Positions 1 through 13,500 of a stretch of DNA of 64,000 nucleotides are shown piece by piece. Below the pieces are notes generated by a model. It had not been told where the DNA came from. It worked only from the letters and a program-made list of their open reading frames with translations, and made no database searches. This stretch comes from Catajapyx aquilonaris (lineage: Eukaryota): NCBI GenBank assembly GCA_000934665.2, contig KZ537965.1:1-64000 (forward strand), in the 5' to 3' direction. A program made the position numbers and the translations under genes. Position 1 is the first letter of the stretch. Each line of letters opens with the position of its first letter.

Positions 1-3000
1 TTTTATTTCGCCACCGAGAGCGACGGTGCTGCCACTGCCGCGGGGGCCGCCGCTGCTTTTCAAAGCGTAGCTTCTCGGCGAGCCTCCTGATTGGCTGCAG
101 ACTCTTCCCACGCATATTTACTAGTTACAGAAATGGCCGCAGTGGCGCTTTCCCATGTTAAACTCGCATAGACGGTGGCGCCACTGCGGAATTTTTCCAT
201 GAGTCGCCGTAATAAGCCGTGGACCACTACTAGTAACAATTTCGATTCCATTAATGTTTGAACTGCAGCGATTTTCACTGGTGTGCGTAAAATTTTTCCT
301 TAGACTTTCAGTAAAGGCAATGGAAAATGTTGGAATGAACCAGTGTAATTGTGCCCAGTAATTAATTAAAAGTACGAACTGGCATTGAGTTATTGACTTC
401 AACAGCTTTGTCATCCTCATCCGGAGATCGAACTCAGTACCCCCAGAGGTGGAAGCGCCGCTTTGGCCCCTAATTAATCAGAATATGCGCAAGATAATCG
501 CGGCTGATGAGCTCGAAGCGCTTAATATCATCATTAGAGTGACAGTCACCTAAACTGACACGTGAAACGATGAGCGATTTGGATCCCAACAGACAATGAT
601 GCCGGAGAGATAACCCGTGTTGCCTTTGGTCGACCTGGGGCCTATATGCTGCATCGAGGGTGCTTAAAACGATATCAGTCGAATTTATTGTCGCAATTGA
701 AAACATTCGGAACTAATTGGACGCCGAGCCATATAGTTAATAAATATCGGCAGGGACGTTGGAGGGAGCCTGCCAGCTATGAAATGGATGGCTTTATTAC
801 ATATGAAATCGACGGCTCCCATTCGAATGCGTGAAAATTACGCGTTATTCTAATTGCCCGCGATTAAATAAAGAGCGAATTAATACTCGATCGGACCACG
901 TTGTGCATGCTGATGCACTGCTGAGCATGAATCTTTTAAAGCGGGGGCCACCGGATTTTCGCATCTGTTTGCTAATGGTCATATCCAGCTAGTGTGTACA
1001 ATGAGAATCCCACCGGAGCTGACCCGATTATTGATCATGGCAACAAAATTTTCCAAACATGATGGGAAAGGGCAAGTTTCAGGTCACGGACAGGGGGGTG
1101 TTGTAAGAGAAGCATATCTGCACTGCTGATCTGCATTGTGCAGCTTGAAGGGCTATTGCTCTTCGCCATGCTTCAAGAAGCAGGCAAATTACCCAGCACC
1201 TGCTCTGGGAGCCAACATTTCGCCAATTTCCTGTCACATGTTTTGAGCTGTGCTTCCGGGCAGCATACTGATCGTTAGCCTTTTTTTTTACCACTCCCCC
1301 CAAAAAAAGACAAGAAGCCGACCTGGAATTTGAGACAGCCGCAGGAAAGGAGGAGGAAAAAAAAGTCGCGGATATCAATTGGACAATTCCCATTCCTTTA
1401 CTTCGGGCCGGAATTGTCCCTGAGGCGGCTTGGAGGTAGATTGATTTGGCCAGTCCATTTTCAGTTGGAAGCAGCCGTTAGGAAGGATAGTCCTAAGGGG
1501 GAGATGAGACGCAAGATGGGATGATCGCAGTGGCGGGGTAGAAAAGAGCGACTAAAAACGTGTGGGCTAGAATGATAAGAAGGGGGAAAAAAAGGGTCTA
1601 TACCCCCATGGGTGTATATCTAAACCAAACACGAGCATTACGTCGTCATCTGGGCGCTCGGGAGTAAAATTTTCATTACTAGACAGGCCCCCCCTCAGAA
1701 AATGGGGGGTCTCTTTGCATACCCAAAATCGCTCAGGAGGAAAAGCCGAAGAGTGTCTCTTTCCCCTCTTCTAAGAGCTGCTGGGGGAGAGAAACAAATT
1801 ACGGCGGAGGGAGGAATTAAACACTTCACGTTTTCGTTTTGTTGCGAATACAAACGTATATAGCTACGAGTAGCCTCCATTCTACCCGGGTTTAATTAGC
1901 CTGAGGGAGTAAATTGCTGGCTGTTCACTTCTAGAAACACTTAATGGTCAAAGAGTAGTTGAATTTGGGGAGTCGTTACCTTTTGGGCTAATTAGATTCG
2001 TCGCGGCATCAATCTGGACATTTTTAGGGGGGGATTCAGGGTCGCTAACTCACCAGCCCTGTTACCACCTCCAATTGTTGCCTCTAGACAACATGAGTCC
2101 AAAAATAAAGAGATTTCTTTCAATTTAACTACAAACAAACTATGGACTTTGTTCCAGCGCCGTTTGGGTGCGGTTAATCTGCTGAATATGGAACTTGTTA
2201 ACTTCCCCAACAACAAACAGTCTGGTTTACCGATATGGTGATACTTGCATCTGGTTACGAGGCCATCAAGCTAAGGCTTGGAGCAGTCGGAAGTCGTTTG
2301 ACTTTGACCTACCACCCTTAAAACTTGTGTCCAGTCTTATCACCACGAGGAAACGCCACTGCAAACGCGTGATGGCGACTCGGTCTTAAGCCTTGTTTCT
2401 TGTTCCGTAGACACGTCAAAAACATTGTGCCCCGTTTAATTTTTTTTCTGCTTGAATCGTGCGTGCTACCTGCACAGGTGTGTGGTCTAGTGGCGTAGTA
2501 ACGACTCCTAAAAAAATAATTTTGATGATTTACAGACCAAATCGTGATCGTGAAGCGGAGGAATTTGATGCTGTGACCATGGAAATATTCCGCCTCCGCT
2601 CATTAGCCTTCATAGTGTTCGTTTAGGAAAACAAAATATCTGTCAATCACGACAGTTCGTGACTAGTCCTCCGGTTTATTATTTTGAGTCTAAAAAATAC
2701 CACTGGCAGGAACAGGTTTAAACGGTAGGCGTCCCGAATATTTGTGTTGGATTTTTTTTATAGCAAGGACAGTCCCCGTGCAAAATTTTATTTCGCATAA
2801 TACTGGCTAGGAAGGTGAGGGAATTTTAATTACACTTTGTTTCCACTGTGTTTTAGAACCCTGCACCTATTGACCTCCAGATGACGCACACAATGGGTAT
2901 ATATATTTTTCGTTTGCATATCATCAGGCATTCCATCATGAAACCCCGCACCCCCAACAGGGCGCGTCTGCCCAGAACGTTCCGCTTCATTATGGTGAAA

Positions 3001-3386
3001 AAATGGCAGGTAGCCACAGGGTAGCTATAGTGAGTAGCCCAAGGCCTTCAGGCTCTGGTTCGGGTCCCCGAAAAAAAAGCAGCCAGCTTCGTATATACTA
3101 TATAAAAAAGGAGGCCATCAGAGGCCTGGTCTGTTGCTCTCCAGCGCCATTTACTGCCACCTGAGCTTCCCATCCCGGAGAATTATGAGCATCCCTATCA
3201 CTCGCTTCTAAACCTAGGCAATCATTTTCTGGCCCCACCTGCGTGACTGGACCCCCACTCACGATTTTTGCGCCAAGAAGCTGCTCCCCAAACCATGGGG
3301 TCTCGCATGCAACTAATGGCACCCACCGCCACCCAAAAAATCCTTTCAAGCAGCACAGCGGTAGTGCATGTGTGGTATAATACTCG

Positions 3387-3527
3387 TCTGTAATATTAAA
3401 ATACTTGTATGTGCGAGGCTTCTGATTGGCCAGCCGTATATTGTTTGACCGAAACTCCCGATTGGCTCCCAGTCTGCGCCTGCGCAATGGGGAGGCAGCG
3501 CCTCTGGTGGATGGCAGGAGGAACTAG
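3387..3527 (+). mobile_element. Short dispersed repeat, non-autonomous Helitron-like (copy 1)
   Basis: Aligns by eye over about 140 bp with the reverse complement of 44782-44929 (shared blocks TCT.TAATATTAAAAT.CTTG, TCTGATTGG, ATATTGTT, CTCCC.ATTGGC, TGCGCAATGGGG, CCTCTG.TGG). It starts TC and ends CTAG (3524-3527) after a short imperfect hairpin CCTCTG...CAGGAGG. The Helitron assignment is inference. Confidence 0.55.
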
Positions 3528-5611
3528 GTCGTGTAGGAAATATCTGCGTAGTTTTAGGACAATATATTTTGGAGTCACATCCGTCCTATAAATTAATAGG
3601 TGTCTTTTGGACAAAGCGTGCTGATAGGATCTTGTTACGTACGAAGAGCTGCAATCTTCATCTTTCTTGAATGGCGAAGGTCAAAACTCCCATAGAGGAG
3701 ACAAGTAATGCCCTGCTGTGTGCATGTAGCAACTGACTCCGGTCAGGGACGGCCATAATTTATAGCGCATGCCCCCATGTTTTTGTGGACAGCATACTGA
3801 GATCAGCGATTAAAAGGTGTGCGGGTGATCACAGATTTTTTTTTTCGGATCGACTTACCCTTAGATGCAAAAAAAAAGTAACCGTCGTTTAACCCACCCC
3901 TTGCTTCATGACTACTGGAGGTATCTTCATGGGCTGTCGGCTGTAAATTTTTTTATGGAGTATCATCTCGGAGGCAATCTCCGTGAAAATAGGATCCCTG
4001 GAGTGAAGGCATAGGGGAGGACGAAAAAGGCGACTAATAATCTTGTCTATTATACGGTACGGTTTTTGCGCCGAATTGGTATGTCACCGGAGATACGCTC
4101 TAGCTCCAGGCATATTTTTTTCTCTCCAAGTCTTGGAACGTGGCTCAATAAAGCTTCAAACTTGATGCCCTTTTATTCGTAATTGGTAAGCTGCGTAGGG
4201 TATAAAACTTTTTTCCCCTCTTCCTACTTACTATACCTGGTATAATAATCTTTCTGCGAATTTGCAGCTCTTTATAGTGACTTGCGTCTCATATCAGTCT
4301 TCGTAAAAGTCCGCTTATGGGTGGTCATGAGACATATTGCGTGCTCGTTCAGGCGTCCTCGCTGTGCAGTAAAGTTTAAAAAAAAATATTAAAGTTGGTA
4401 AGGGTAGGCGAGGGGATTATATCTCCCAACGGACATTTCTCGATTAGTATCGCCTAGGGCTAGAATGAACATTGGGGACAGGCCTATTCATAACTGAATC
4501 GAACGCAACCCACTTTTTAGGATATATAATATGCCAAGATATTAACCGTGCAGCAGATTACAAGCAGTAAAAGCACCCTTTTTAATATTGCGATCTATCA
4601 AAAAAACTGTGCGTGAGAAAACTGCGGCTCGTAATAACTTGTTAAATTGTTTACACTTTATTTTTCAACCGCGCCCCAGGCTGCTTTACTATAACGTGTG
4701 ATGAAAAAGGCGGACTCAGAAAACCTGTAATGAGAGTGAAAGTGACTGAGGGGGATGGGCAAGTTTGCAGCGTGGTAATGTAATTTGTAACTTTGCATAC
4801 AGTTGTTTCAACTGATTTTGTGTGCATATAAATACTCTGTGTGTTCTAACAAGGATGGGATTAAATATTCGCCAGAAAATTGTGCGAATTAAAAATTTTG
4901 GTTGTTTTCCTACTTTATGTCTGCCAATTACAATTTTGGGTTATTTGAACCATTTTTTAAGTGTGTGCCTATATACTTTTTTATGCTTGGGGTCGTGATT
5001 ATGCGGATTTTGGAGTGTTTCATTCCGTATTCGTGCTCCCGAATAGCCCTAATCTTGATCGGGTTACCCGCACGAAGACATGTCACGATTTAAGCTCACA
5101 GTAGGCCACCCCCCCCCCCCTTACTCCCTATTTCCAAAATCTTATCGACAACATGTGTGAAGAAATTCAGGAAAAGAGGTAATTCATTAGTAGTCCTGTT
5201 TTGCAGGGCTTGTTAGCACGACGCTTTACCCCTGCGGAATGCCACTTTTGATAATGCGATTAGTGAGGCCCCGGAAACGCCCGCCTCACTTTAGAGCAAG
5301 CCGAGTTCATTTTAGGTTTAACCACAGCATCTACAGGGTGTGGCATAATGTTGTAAGGTTTTTTTATTGATCTGTCTGCTCCTGGCTTTGTCCATTTTGC
5401 AATCTGGAGGTTGACATGTGCACAAGTGCTAACAGTGGACAGTCTTGGAATTCACATACCAGGCTTGGAGTGTGGATGGCAGATTCTTCAAAGGCCAGGA
5501 TTTTCAGGAGAGCGAGGGAGAGGGGAATAATGGGTCTGCTGGGCCAAAATGGATTTCATTCTTGGTCATAAAGTGAGGTTTGACCTCACACAGAGTTGAA
5601 AGTTGATGCAA

Positions 5612-5686
5612 TACTGACTGAATTTTCTGCTTTTTTACAGGTGAGTTGTGGCTTATATGCTTGGGGTGTGCATCATATAGGTAAGT
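5612..5686 (+). other. Candidate recursive splice site (ratchet point) with 40-nt cryptic exon
   Basis: Branch TACTGAC 5612-5618, AG-free tract ttttctgcttttttaCAG ending 5640, immediately followed by GTGAGT 5641-5646. A second consensus donor TAG|GTAAGT lies at 5681-5686, giving cryptic exon 5641-5680. Confidence 0.75.
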
Positions 5687-7204
5687 GTCGACATGATCCA
5701 AAATTTGAGGACCTTCACACCACCAGCTGTCCGTCCGAAAAAAAAATCGAAAAGAAAAGCCTAAGTTCTTGTCAAAGATCACGTCCTTTGCCTTTTTTTT
5801 CTGGTCCCAAAATTTGGTGTAGGATATGTGGCATTATCAGCCATTAGAGGATAGGCAAAGGCATGAAGGGAAGGGGCTTGAGGGTTCCGCTTTCTCCGGG
5901 GCTTGAAAAACGAATCGGGAAACAAATCTCCGGAGAAAAGGAGGAGGGGGGTTCCTCTTCCCTTAGATTTTTATCCGGGAGTTGGTAGCGAGCCGATGCA
6001 CTTTCCTGACACATTGGGCACGGATTCATTCTCCTTCCCCTCCTCCAAGTCTCCGATGGGAGATAACATCTTAAATCGCTCGGTAAAAGCTTTAAAATGA
6101 AGAGACCCTACTCCTGCTGAAAGAAAAACCGGTTGAATGGAAAGATGCGGCTGGTTTTGTACCTTTGTTGGGTTGAATGAGCTAGCAAGCCAGGATTTTC
6201 TGTGTTCACTATATAGAATGTCAGCACGTTCTACGAATTTTTCTGATATTTTCACTAGTTTTCAGCAGTTCTGTGGGCACTTTTTTTTTGAACCAAAGTT
6301 GAACGCGCATTTCCATTGCAAACATAGAAGGTTTCAGGAAAATCTAGTGCTAGGAGATGCAATTGTTTGTACAGTTAGTGGAATGTAAATGCCCACTTAA
6401 AAACCAAACTGACGATTAGAGTAGCTGAGTGAATAATTCTGCCGGAGTGGGGATAAAGGAGAGGGTAACATGCGTACATGGGGTTTGTTCCTCTACCATC
6501 CATTGGTTTCGAGGCCTGGACTTGTTGGTACAAAGCGTAAGTGTGGAGAGAGGTGGGTGTGCTTTCAACGTTTGAAGCCTTTTTCGCGGGGGGGGGGGGG
6601 GGGNGGGGGGCTCCCAGATTTAGGCCGTGTTTAGTGCCACAAAAAAACGACCATCGAAAAAACATGCAAGGCAGCCCCTTTTTCTCGTACCCTGTGTGGA
6701 TGTTAAGCACGTTAATTAATGTGGCGGGATTAATCCCGTCTTTTTGGAAACGGTTGCTATACTAGTAGCTCGGTTGCTAGGGTCGGCTGGATACATACTT
6801 ATTTTATTATAAGAACAATGTATTTTTTGTGGATAATTTTGTGCATGCCGACATGCCCAATGAGCAAGTAGGTCATACCTGACACGTTTGTTGCGCGCGC
6901 GTACGACTCACGCTGGATCAGCGAGGGCAGGAAATTAAGAGACTGCGGGAGGTCCGTGCATGTTTGTCCTCCTATTTCCCTTCTGATTACTTTCGATTGA
7001 TCGGTCAAGAGTCGGTGCACTTACCCAGCGTGCAACTGACATCCCTCTGTACGTTACGTTTTTTTTTTTTAAAAAAAAGAGCCGCGTTTTTTAAGGCACA
7101 TTTTTTCCCCCCAACAAAATTTTGTCAAGTTGGTAATCTGGTAATTGTTGGGTGCTATTAGATTGGAAGCTGAGCCACGGTTTTGTAATTACTTGGGGGG
7201 GGGG

Positions 7205-7317
7205 NNNNNNNNNNNNNNNNNNNNNNNNNNNNNNNNNNNNNNNNNNNNNNNNNNNNNNNNNNNNNNNNNNNNNNNNNNNNNNNNNNNNNNNNNNNNNNNN
7301 NNNNNNNNNNNNNNNNN
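7205..7317. other. Assembly gap (113 N); smaller N runs at 6604 and 13749-13754
   Basis: N runs, each adjacent to a G or C homopolymer. Confidence 0.99.
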
Positions 7318-10300
7318 GGGGCCCCCCCCCCCCCCCAGCTTTTTGCTCTATTTATTAGTCTGCTGGCGTTTTGCTCGCCATGTTTTTAACTCCGGGACGT
7401 TGCATATGGCAGTCACACTGTTAATACCAAAATGCTATTTCCACCTTGGATTGGCCGGCTAGTTTTCGGAGGGGGGGGGTGTTAAATTGCAAAACGGCAG
7501 CTGTGATTGGACTGTGGAATGACCTGCTGTAAAACGACGTGCGACATACAGGCAGAATATTAACAGGATAGTACTGGAATGAATAATGCAAGTTAAGAAA
7601 CACTCGGTGTACAGTATAGACTTCATGGGGTCTCCCTTTTTTATCGCGTGTTCAACCCTGGCGAAATTGCGGTCCATGCATATAATGCGTGGAAATGCTT
7701 TACATTATTAATAAAACGCGAGTCTGGGAGCGAGGGAACAAGGAGTTAATGGATGCGACACGTATTTGCCGTCGCTCAAGCTTGATGACAGCCTCCGCCA
7801 TTACGTCCCCTCTCCCTATTTTTATACCAACCCTTGTTTACAAAATGGAGGGTCACTTTCATGGGCCTGGAGGATTTTGACGTTATTACTACCCATGCGC
7901 GTCAGCACCGCGCGCGGTTCTTAAATTCGTTTATGTCCTCCAAGCCAGTGCTTTTTTTAATCGTCCCTCTAAAAAGCTAACCACAGGATAGTAGCATCAG
8001 GCAAATTGGAAGTAGATTTTTGCTAATTTTATGCAAAGCGTGTTGGGTTGCAGCGTGCCAGGATGAAACATTGGTCCGAAAAGGCTGACAGCAAGGTGTG
8101 CTTTTTAGTTGTATAGCACACGTTTTAATGGTTGGCTATAACATATAAAGCGTTACAGGAGCGCCGGGAAAACGATCATTTTAAAAGGCAGCCGTAACCG
8201 TGCATTGTGTTGCGCTGCTGCGACCTGTAAGTGGATTCGCACAAAACCGTAAAAGCCAATTCGGTCGTGGTTAACCGTTGCCAGCCTTTCCTCCCAAGAT
8301 GGTCAATTTCACTTCTACTGTGCAATTAGGTTTGCCGCACTAAATGTCATTGCGCACTATAAAATGGGGACGGGTTGGATGGGGGGTGGGGGGTGGAAAA
8401 GCACGTTACATGTTTTACCTTCACTGCTAACTAGACGCGGTTTGAGCCTAAATAAGGATTGATGCCTGAAAATGTAGATACGAGCCGGAGCTTCCTTAAT
8501 TACGTCTAATTGGAATATTCATGTTTATGTAAAAGGCACGAAATAATCGCGCAGTTTGTTGCCGGAGTGTAATGAGAAGGATGACATCTTGTTCCCTGGA
8601 GGCTGGGTTTTGGATAAAGAATAAGGCGCGCTCAAAAGTAGGCGAGTTTGACAGAAACATATTCCTAATTATTCGAGTCGACAAACTCTCAAAAAAAGGT
8701 CAATTATCGTTACATTTTCGAGGCAACTGACGTACGTCAGTACTTTTTGATCCACTTTCTTGTTGAATGAACCTGCAAATTAATGCAGTTTTACAGCCAT
8801 TGTTGACGCCACATTGCTATGTAGGGAGCTTAGAAAATATATGACTCCGGATTTTGGGGGTGCCTTGCAGGCTTTATGTCCGATGTGTTCCTGAACCGGA
8901 TGAAAAGGATGTCAGGAATGTAGTTTGAGCCCCGGGATCAAACGAAAAAAGGCGTGGCAGAGGCGATTTCATTTGCAATAAACGACCCTTGCTGCCTTTC
9001 CAAACATCGCCTGCGCTATTTTCTAATTTCAACCAATCCTAGATGCGACTCTGGACATTGTCACAGTCCAGTGGCAAAGACTGGACACTAATTCGCCCCC
9101 CAAAAACCTGCAGAATTTTATTCTTCACGTGTGTGCAAATATTTGCAAGGTTGCATGCCTCATTATGTGTGGATAATTTAGCTGGGCAAACCTGGTATTG
9201 GATTTTGCGCTATTAAGTGCGGACTGCCCTTTTGTCGCGAATATAGAAGGCGGTACGTTATTGTTGTTGGGGGTGGCTTGCATGCATTTTTGGAAACAGT
9301 GTCCAGTTGGCAGGATTTATTTACGCCGCCCATGGACGTATTATTTGGGCATTGAACGAAAAGCCATTGTGCTGGGAGATTGGGACGAAAAATTTACGGT
9401 ATGCAGCAGCATTGTTTAGAGAAAAAGGGGTGAATTTGCAAGGGCGTAAAAAATGGTATTCGAGGTTCAGCCCTTTTTTTTTTGCAAAAAACAAAAATGG
9501 GGGTGATGTGAAGGGGGGGGGGGTTCTGCAGCTATATAACCCCAACTGTGCCCTTTGTGAGCATTATGAAACTGGCCTGTTTCAGTGTTGAAAGTGCGCT
9601 GCTGGAGTGCAGGCAGACCTGTCAGGAGACTTTGCAGAGTTGAGGGGGCCTGTAGGGAAATTGCTTATTGCGTTCGCAAAAACTGCACAGGCAACGGATT
9701 AATGAATGTATGGAAGTTGCGGTTGCTTGCATGCGAATTTTTTGGGAGGAAAAATTTGTGATGTATTTTCCTCCAGTTATCGCCTGTTTTTTTCTCTCGA
9801 AGTAAAGCACAGTTTTGTCAGAGTGCAAATTTTGTGGCATGATTATGCTACAGCGTTCCCGTTTAATAAAAAGTGAATTTTGCCCAATATTTTTCAATTC
9901 GGGTTTCGAACTGCTTCCATTTCTGAGAGGATGAGCGGAAGAAAACTCTAGGCCTGCAGCCCCCAGCCGTCATCATAACAGGCCTGGATCGTATGTTACC
10001 CAAGATGACGAAGTATCACTTATGAATAAATCACGTGCCCGAGTTGCAACTCGTGCTCGCAAATGAGCATCCTATATCACAGGGACCAAGGGGGGTGTGT
10101 TCCCATGGGAAATCGATGCTTCCGTGAAAGTAAGAAGGTTCGTTAGTCGCCGGTGTGGGGGGTATGCTAGAGCTGGGTGAGTGGGTGGTGGTGGGGTTGG
10201 AAAGAGAGAAGAAGTGTGAGATCCCGGAGGCTCCTTTTGTTGGATGTGATGCAGGTGGAAGCTGCAAACTAAGCCTGATAAAAGGAAGAAGCTCCGGTCC

Positions 10301-10525
10301 CTGCTTCCTTGCTCTGAAAGGAAGGATTGAAATCCGATTGTTAAAGCGAGAGTCTGCTCTTCTTGCCTTTACTTCCACCCCCCCTATAAATACCATTCGT
10401 GCTTTATCATTTTTACTTCGAGAGTTTTTACGGTAAAAAGTACGTACGGAACAATCAGGTGAAATATTCGGCGAGAACACCTTTTTTATGAATCCCATGA
10501 TATATTCGTGAATTCTCATCACTGA

Positions 10526-10558
10526 TCACTGAACACAAGAAGTTCCTGTGTTCAGTGA
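10526..10558. repeat. Short hairpin, 12-bp perfect stem
   Basis: TCACTGAACACA (10526-10537) pairs with TGTGTTCAGTGA (10547-10558) around a 9-nt loop. Confidence 0.8.
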
Positions 10559-13500
10559 CCATGAGCGTCTGAATAATTACAAATCGTCATTACGTTGATG
10601 GGATTGTCGCAATAATTTTGTCACATTTGTGCGAAAACCCATCGCAGGTTCATATTAGCGTGACTAGTAGGCGAATTAGTTACGGGGATAATTATCCAGC
10701 GCAATAGCTCGTTAAATTTGTACCTGAATTTTCTGACCTTCACTCTTTGGCAAGCCCCCAATGAAAATCCCGCAGCAATTACGCATCCGGATTGACTTGA
10801 CTGACAGTTCATCACCGCTTATTGTTCCAGTTCATTGCATTTCTCGCCAGCTCAATAGCTCAATTAAGTTCCAGGAGATGCAGTCAAGTGCAAAGATTGA
10901 GCCATTTGCTTTCCTTGGATGGGGAATGATGATAGCATGGAGGTTGAATCCAGCTTTGCATAAGAGCTGTCGCACCTGCTACTTGGTCCATCTTGCTTTT
11001 GCTTCCTCCGAGGCTGCAGAAATGGCCCACTTGGCCTAGGCACGCATTGATTACACCCCTGTGACGATCTGCGGAATGTGCTTGGGACCTGGGCTTAATT
11101 TCTGCTCGAAACATGGGACCAAGACCTGCTGCTTAGCATTTACTGGGCTCGTCAATGTCTCCCAGTTTGTGTACCAAATGGGCCCCGAGGGAATTCATAT
11201 TTTTTTTTGAGCAGGCCAAAAACAAGGCTAAAATGTCCAACCGGTTTCTGGAAATGGCCTCTCCCGGAAAAAGGGTTGGGGATGAAGAAAATGGGTGATT
11301 TAGTGGGGACAATAAAATGCAATATAAAGTTAATTTAAGGAGGGGTGAGATTTATAGCACACAGGTGCGTTCAAGGCAATACATTTGATTTGACGAATAA
11401 TGCTGCTGCGGCAATTCGCAGCACATAAACTTTCTCCCCTTCCCCCGTGCATGGAAACCCCCGGATATATATACCCCCGGTTGCTTGGTAACTCTGGAAA
11501 ATGGGTGTTGAGAGATGCCTAAAGTTTTCCGATTCTTTTTTCTTTCTCCCGGTGGTCTGCGGATGACCGAAATGGCCCTCTGGATGGAAAAGCACGTGTA
11601 CGGTTAGTTAGCCATGATTTATTTATTGCCCCCCCTTTTTACCTCTACGAGGAAAAAAAAAAAATTACGTAGATCCTCCATCATCTGGCTCTCTGCAGTG
11701 ACCACCTGACGCTTTCTCGGCGGGTGACCTCTGGCTACCCAACCTTGAAAACGGCTTTTTTTTACCTGCTTCCAACATCATCAGCAGCTTGCAGGCGTCT
11801 AAACTATCCTTGCTAAATAGTTGGGATCCGCCCGGAAACTTTGAGCAGTGCTTTAATAACTGTCTGGGAGGGTTGATGGGGGGAAAGCCAGCAGTTCAAT
11901 AGGCCCTTTGGGATCGCATTTTGAGTACAATACAGTGTAAAGCCCAGGAGTTGTAGTACTTCCTTGGAAAACCTTCTGGGTGCGGTGCGCTAGCTCCCAA
12001 CAGATATTGTGCTATTTGCAGAGTGAAACAGGAGTAAATCCTCGTTTGGCCTGTCGATCCCAAAGGGAATGTAAATTGAACCACTCGCACGTGTGGATGG
12101 ATTCGCATGAATGAAAGAGACCCCCGTTGGTTGCGAACCAGCCGAGATGGTCCCTCCGCTCCTAATGTTGACTAAGGTGTAAGAAACGCCGCACCGTACT
12201 GTACAAATGTCTAGGTACATAATGTGAAAAAAATGCACAATATTGAGCTAAACATACCATTTAAAAAATGCTCCATGAGTATGTGACAATATTTTTTGGG
12301 TGCTAACATCATGCCCTCTTGTGTATACTAAAAGGCCAACTACCCTCCCTTTCAATTGTGCACATTATCCGCAGTACAGCGCAACAAATTAAGTAGCATG
12401 TGGGGGTGTGCAGCACTCGCGCAAACACAAAAATCCGGTAGGTATAATTCCATATCGAGTGAGTGACAGTTGATGACCTCATAAAGGGGAAGTAGGTGCC
12501 AAGCTTTTTGCGACCGATGCAAGCGACAAACAGGCTAAAAAACGGGTCCGATTTGTTTGCGGAAGCTATTGTTTTCCATCCTAGTCCTGGAACACCCATG
12601 GAAAATAGCGGTTTTGCTTCCAATTTCATCTCTTCACGCTACCAGGAGCACTGTTATGCGCTTCCCTCCCTGTATCTCTACACGGCAAAAGAGGTTCGTT
12701 GCCTTTGTGTGTGACATTGCAGAGGGTTTTTTTTAACAAAATTTCATGCGCCAATTTTTTTTTTGCAGAATAGTCAGCCTATAGTCAGGGCTATCTGGGC
12801 AAACTTGGGCACGTTGTCAAATGTGGGAGGTTCATTAAATAGAGGATAGTGTGCATCGGAATTCGGCATAGAGAGAGGAGGACCAGGGTGCGGATAATTC
12901 TACGCCACTGATCACGTTTTTACAACCGGATTTTTTTTCCAGCTCGTCCCCCGGAAACCCCTCGCTCTCTCTCATCCTCCGAATATTTGCTCATTGTAAT
13001 CGGCCAAAACTGGACCTGGTGGCGTGTAATAGAGTCATCTCCGTTCAGTTGTAGCCGGGGTTTACACTATTTACTTGCTGGCTACCAGCTGCCAATGATG
13101 AGGGGGGGAAAAACAGGATCCTGTCTTTGTCGGCCTTTTATTTTGATATTGTTGCGAGTACTGCATTGTATACTTGCGGCTGTATTCCTTTTATCTCGTT
13201 CATGTTTGTTGGCATGCCCTTATTTTTGAACCCTTTGTCCACCTTTTTAAAAGCATAAAACAAGAGTTAATTCCACGAGTCAGGTATGCACATCTGGAAG
13301 AGAAGGCTTTTTTTTCATTAGTCCGCATGTTTTGTCCGAGAGAGCATGAATCATGATCGCGTTTTCTTTTCCGGAACCTCCGTACACAATGCAACAGCCC
13401 CAGTATATACAGTAGCATAGAACCCCCCAAAAAAACACCAGGGGGTTGAGCAATTGTTGAACAGTCACTGGGGCCAAAATAACTAACGGCACGTTGTCGA

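Noticed and set aside
3019..3078. Degenerate A-box/B-box pair followed by oligo-A (also a solo A-box near 2484 and B-boxes near 43861 and 45612)
   Set aside because: No cloverleaf can be built and the boxes are imperfect or unpaired. At most these are decayed tRNA-derived SINE remnants, not tRNA genes.
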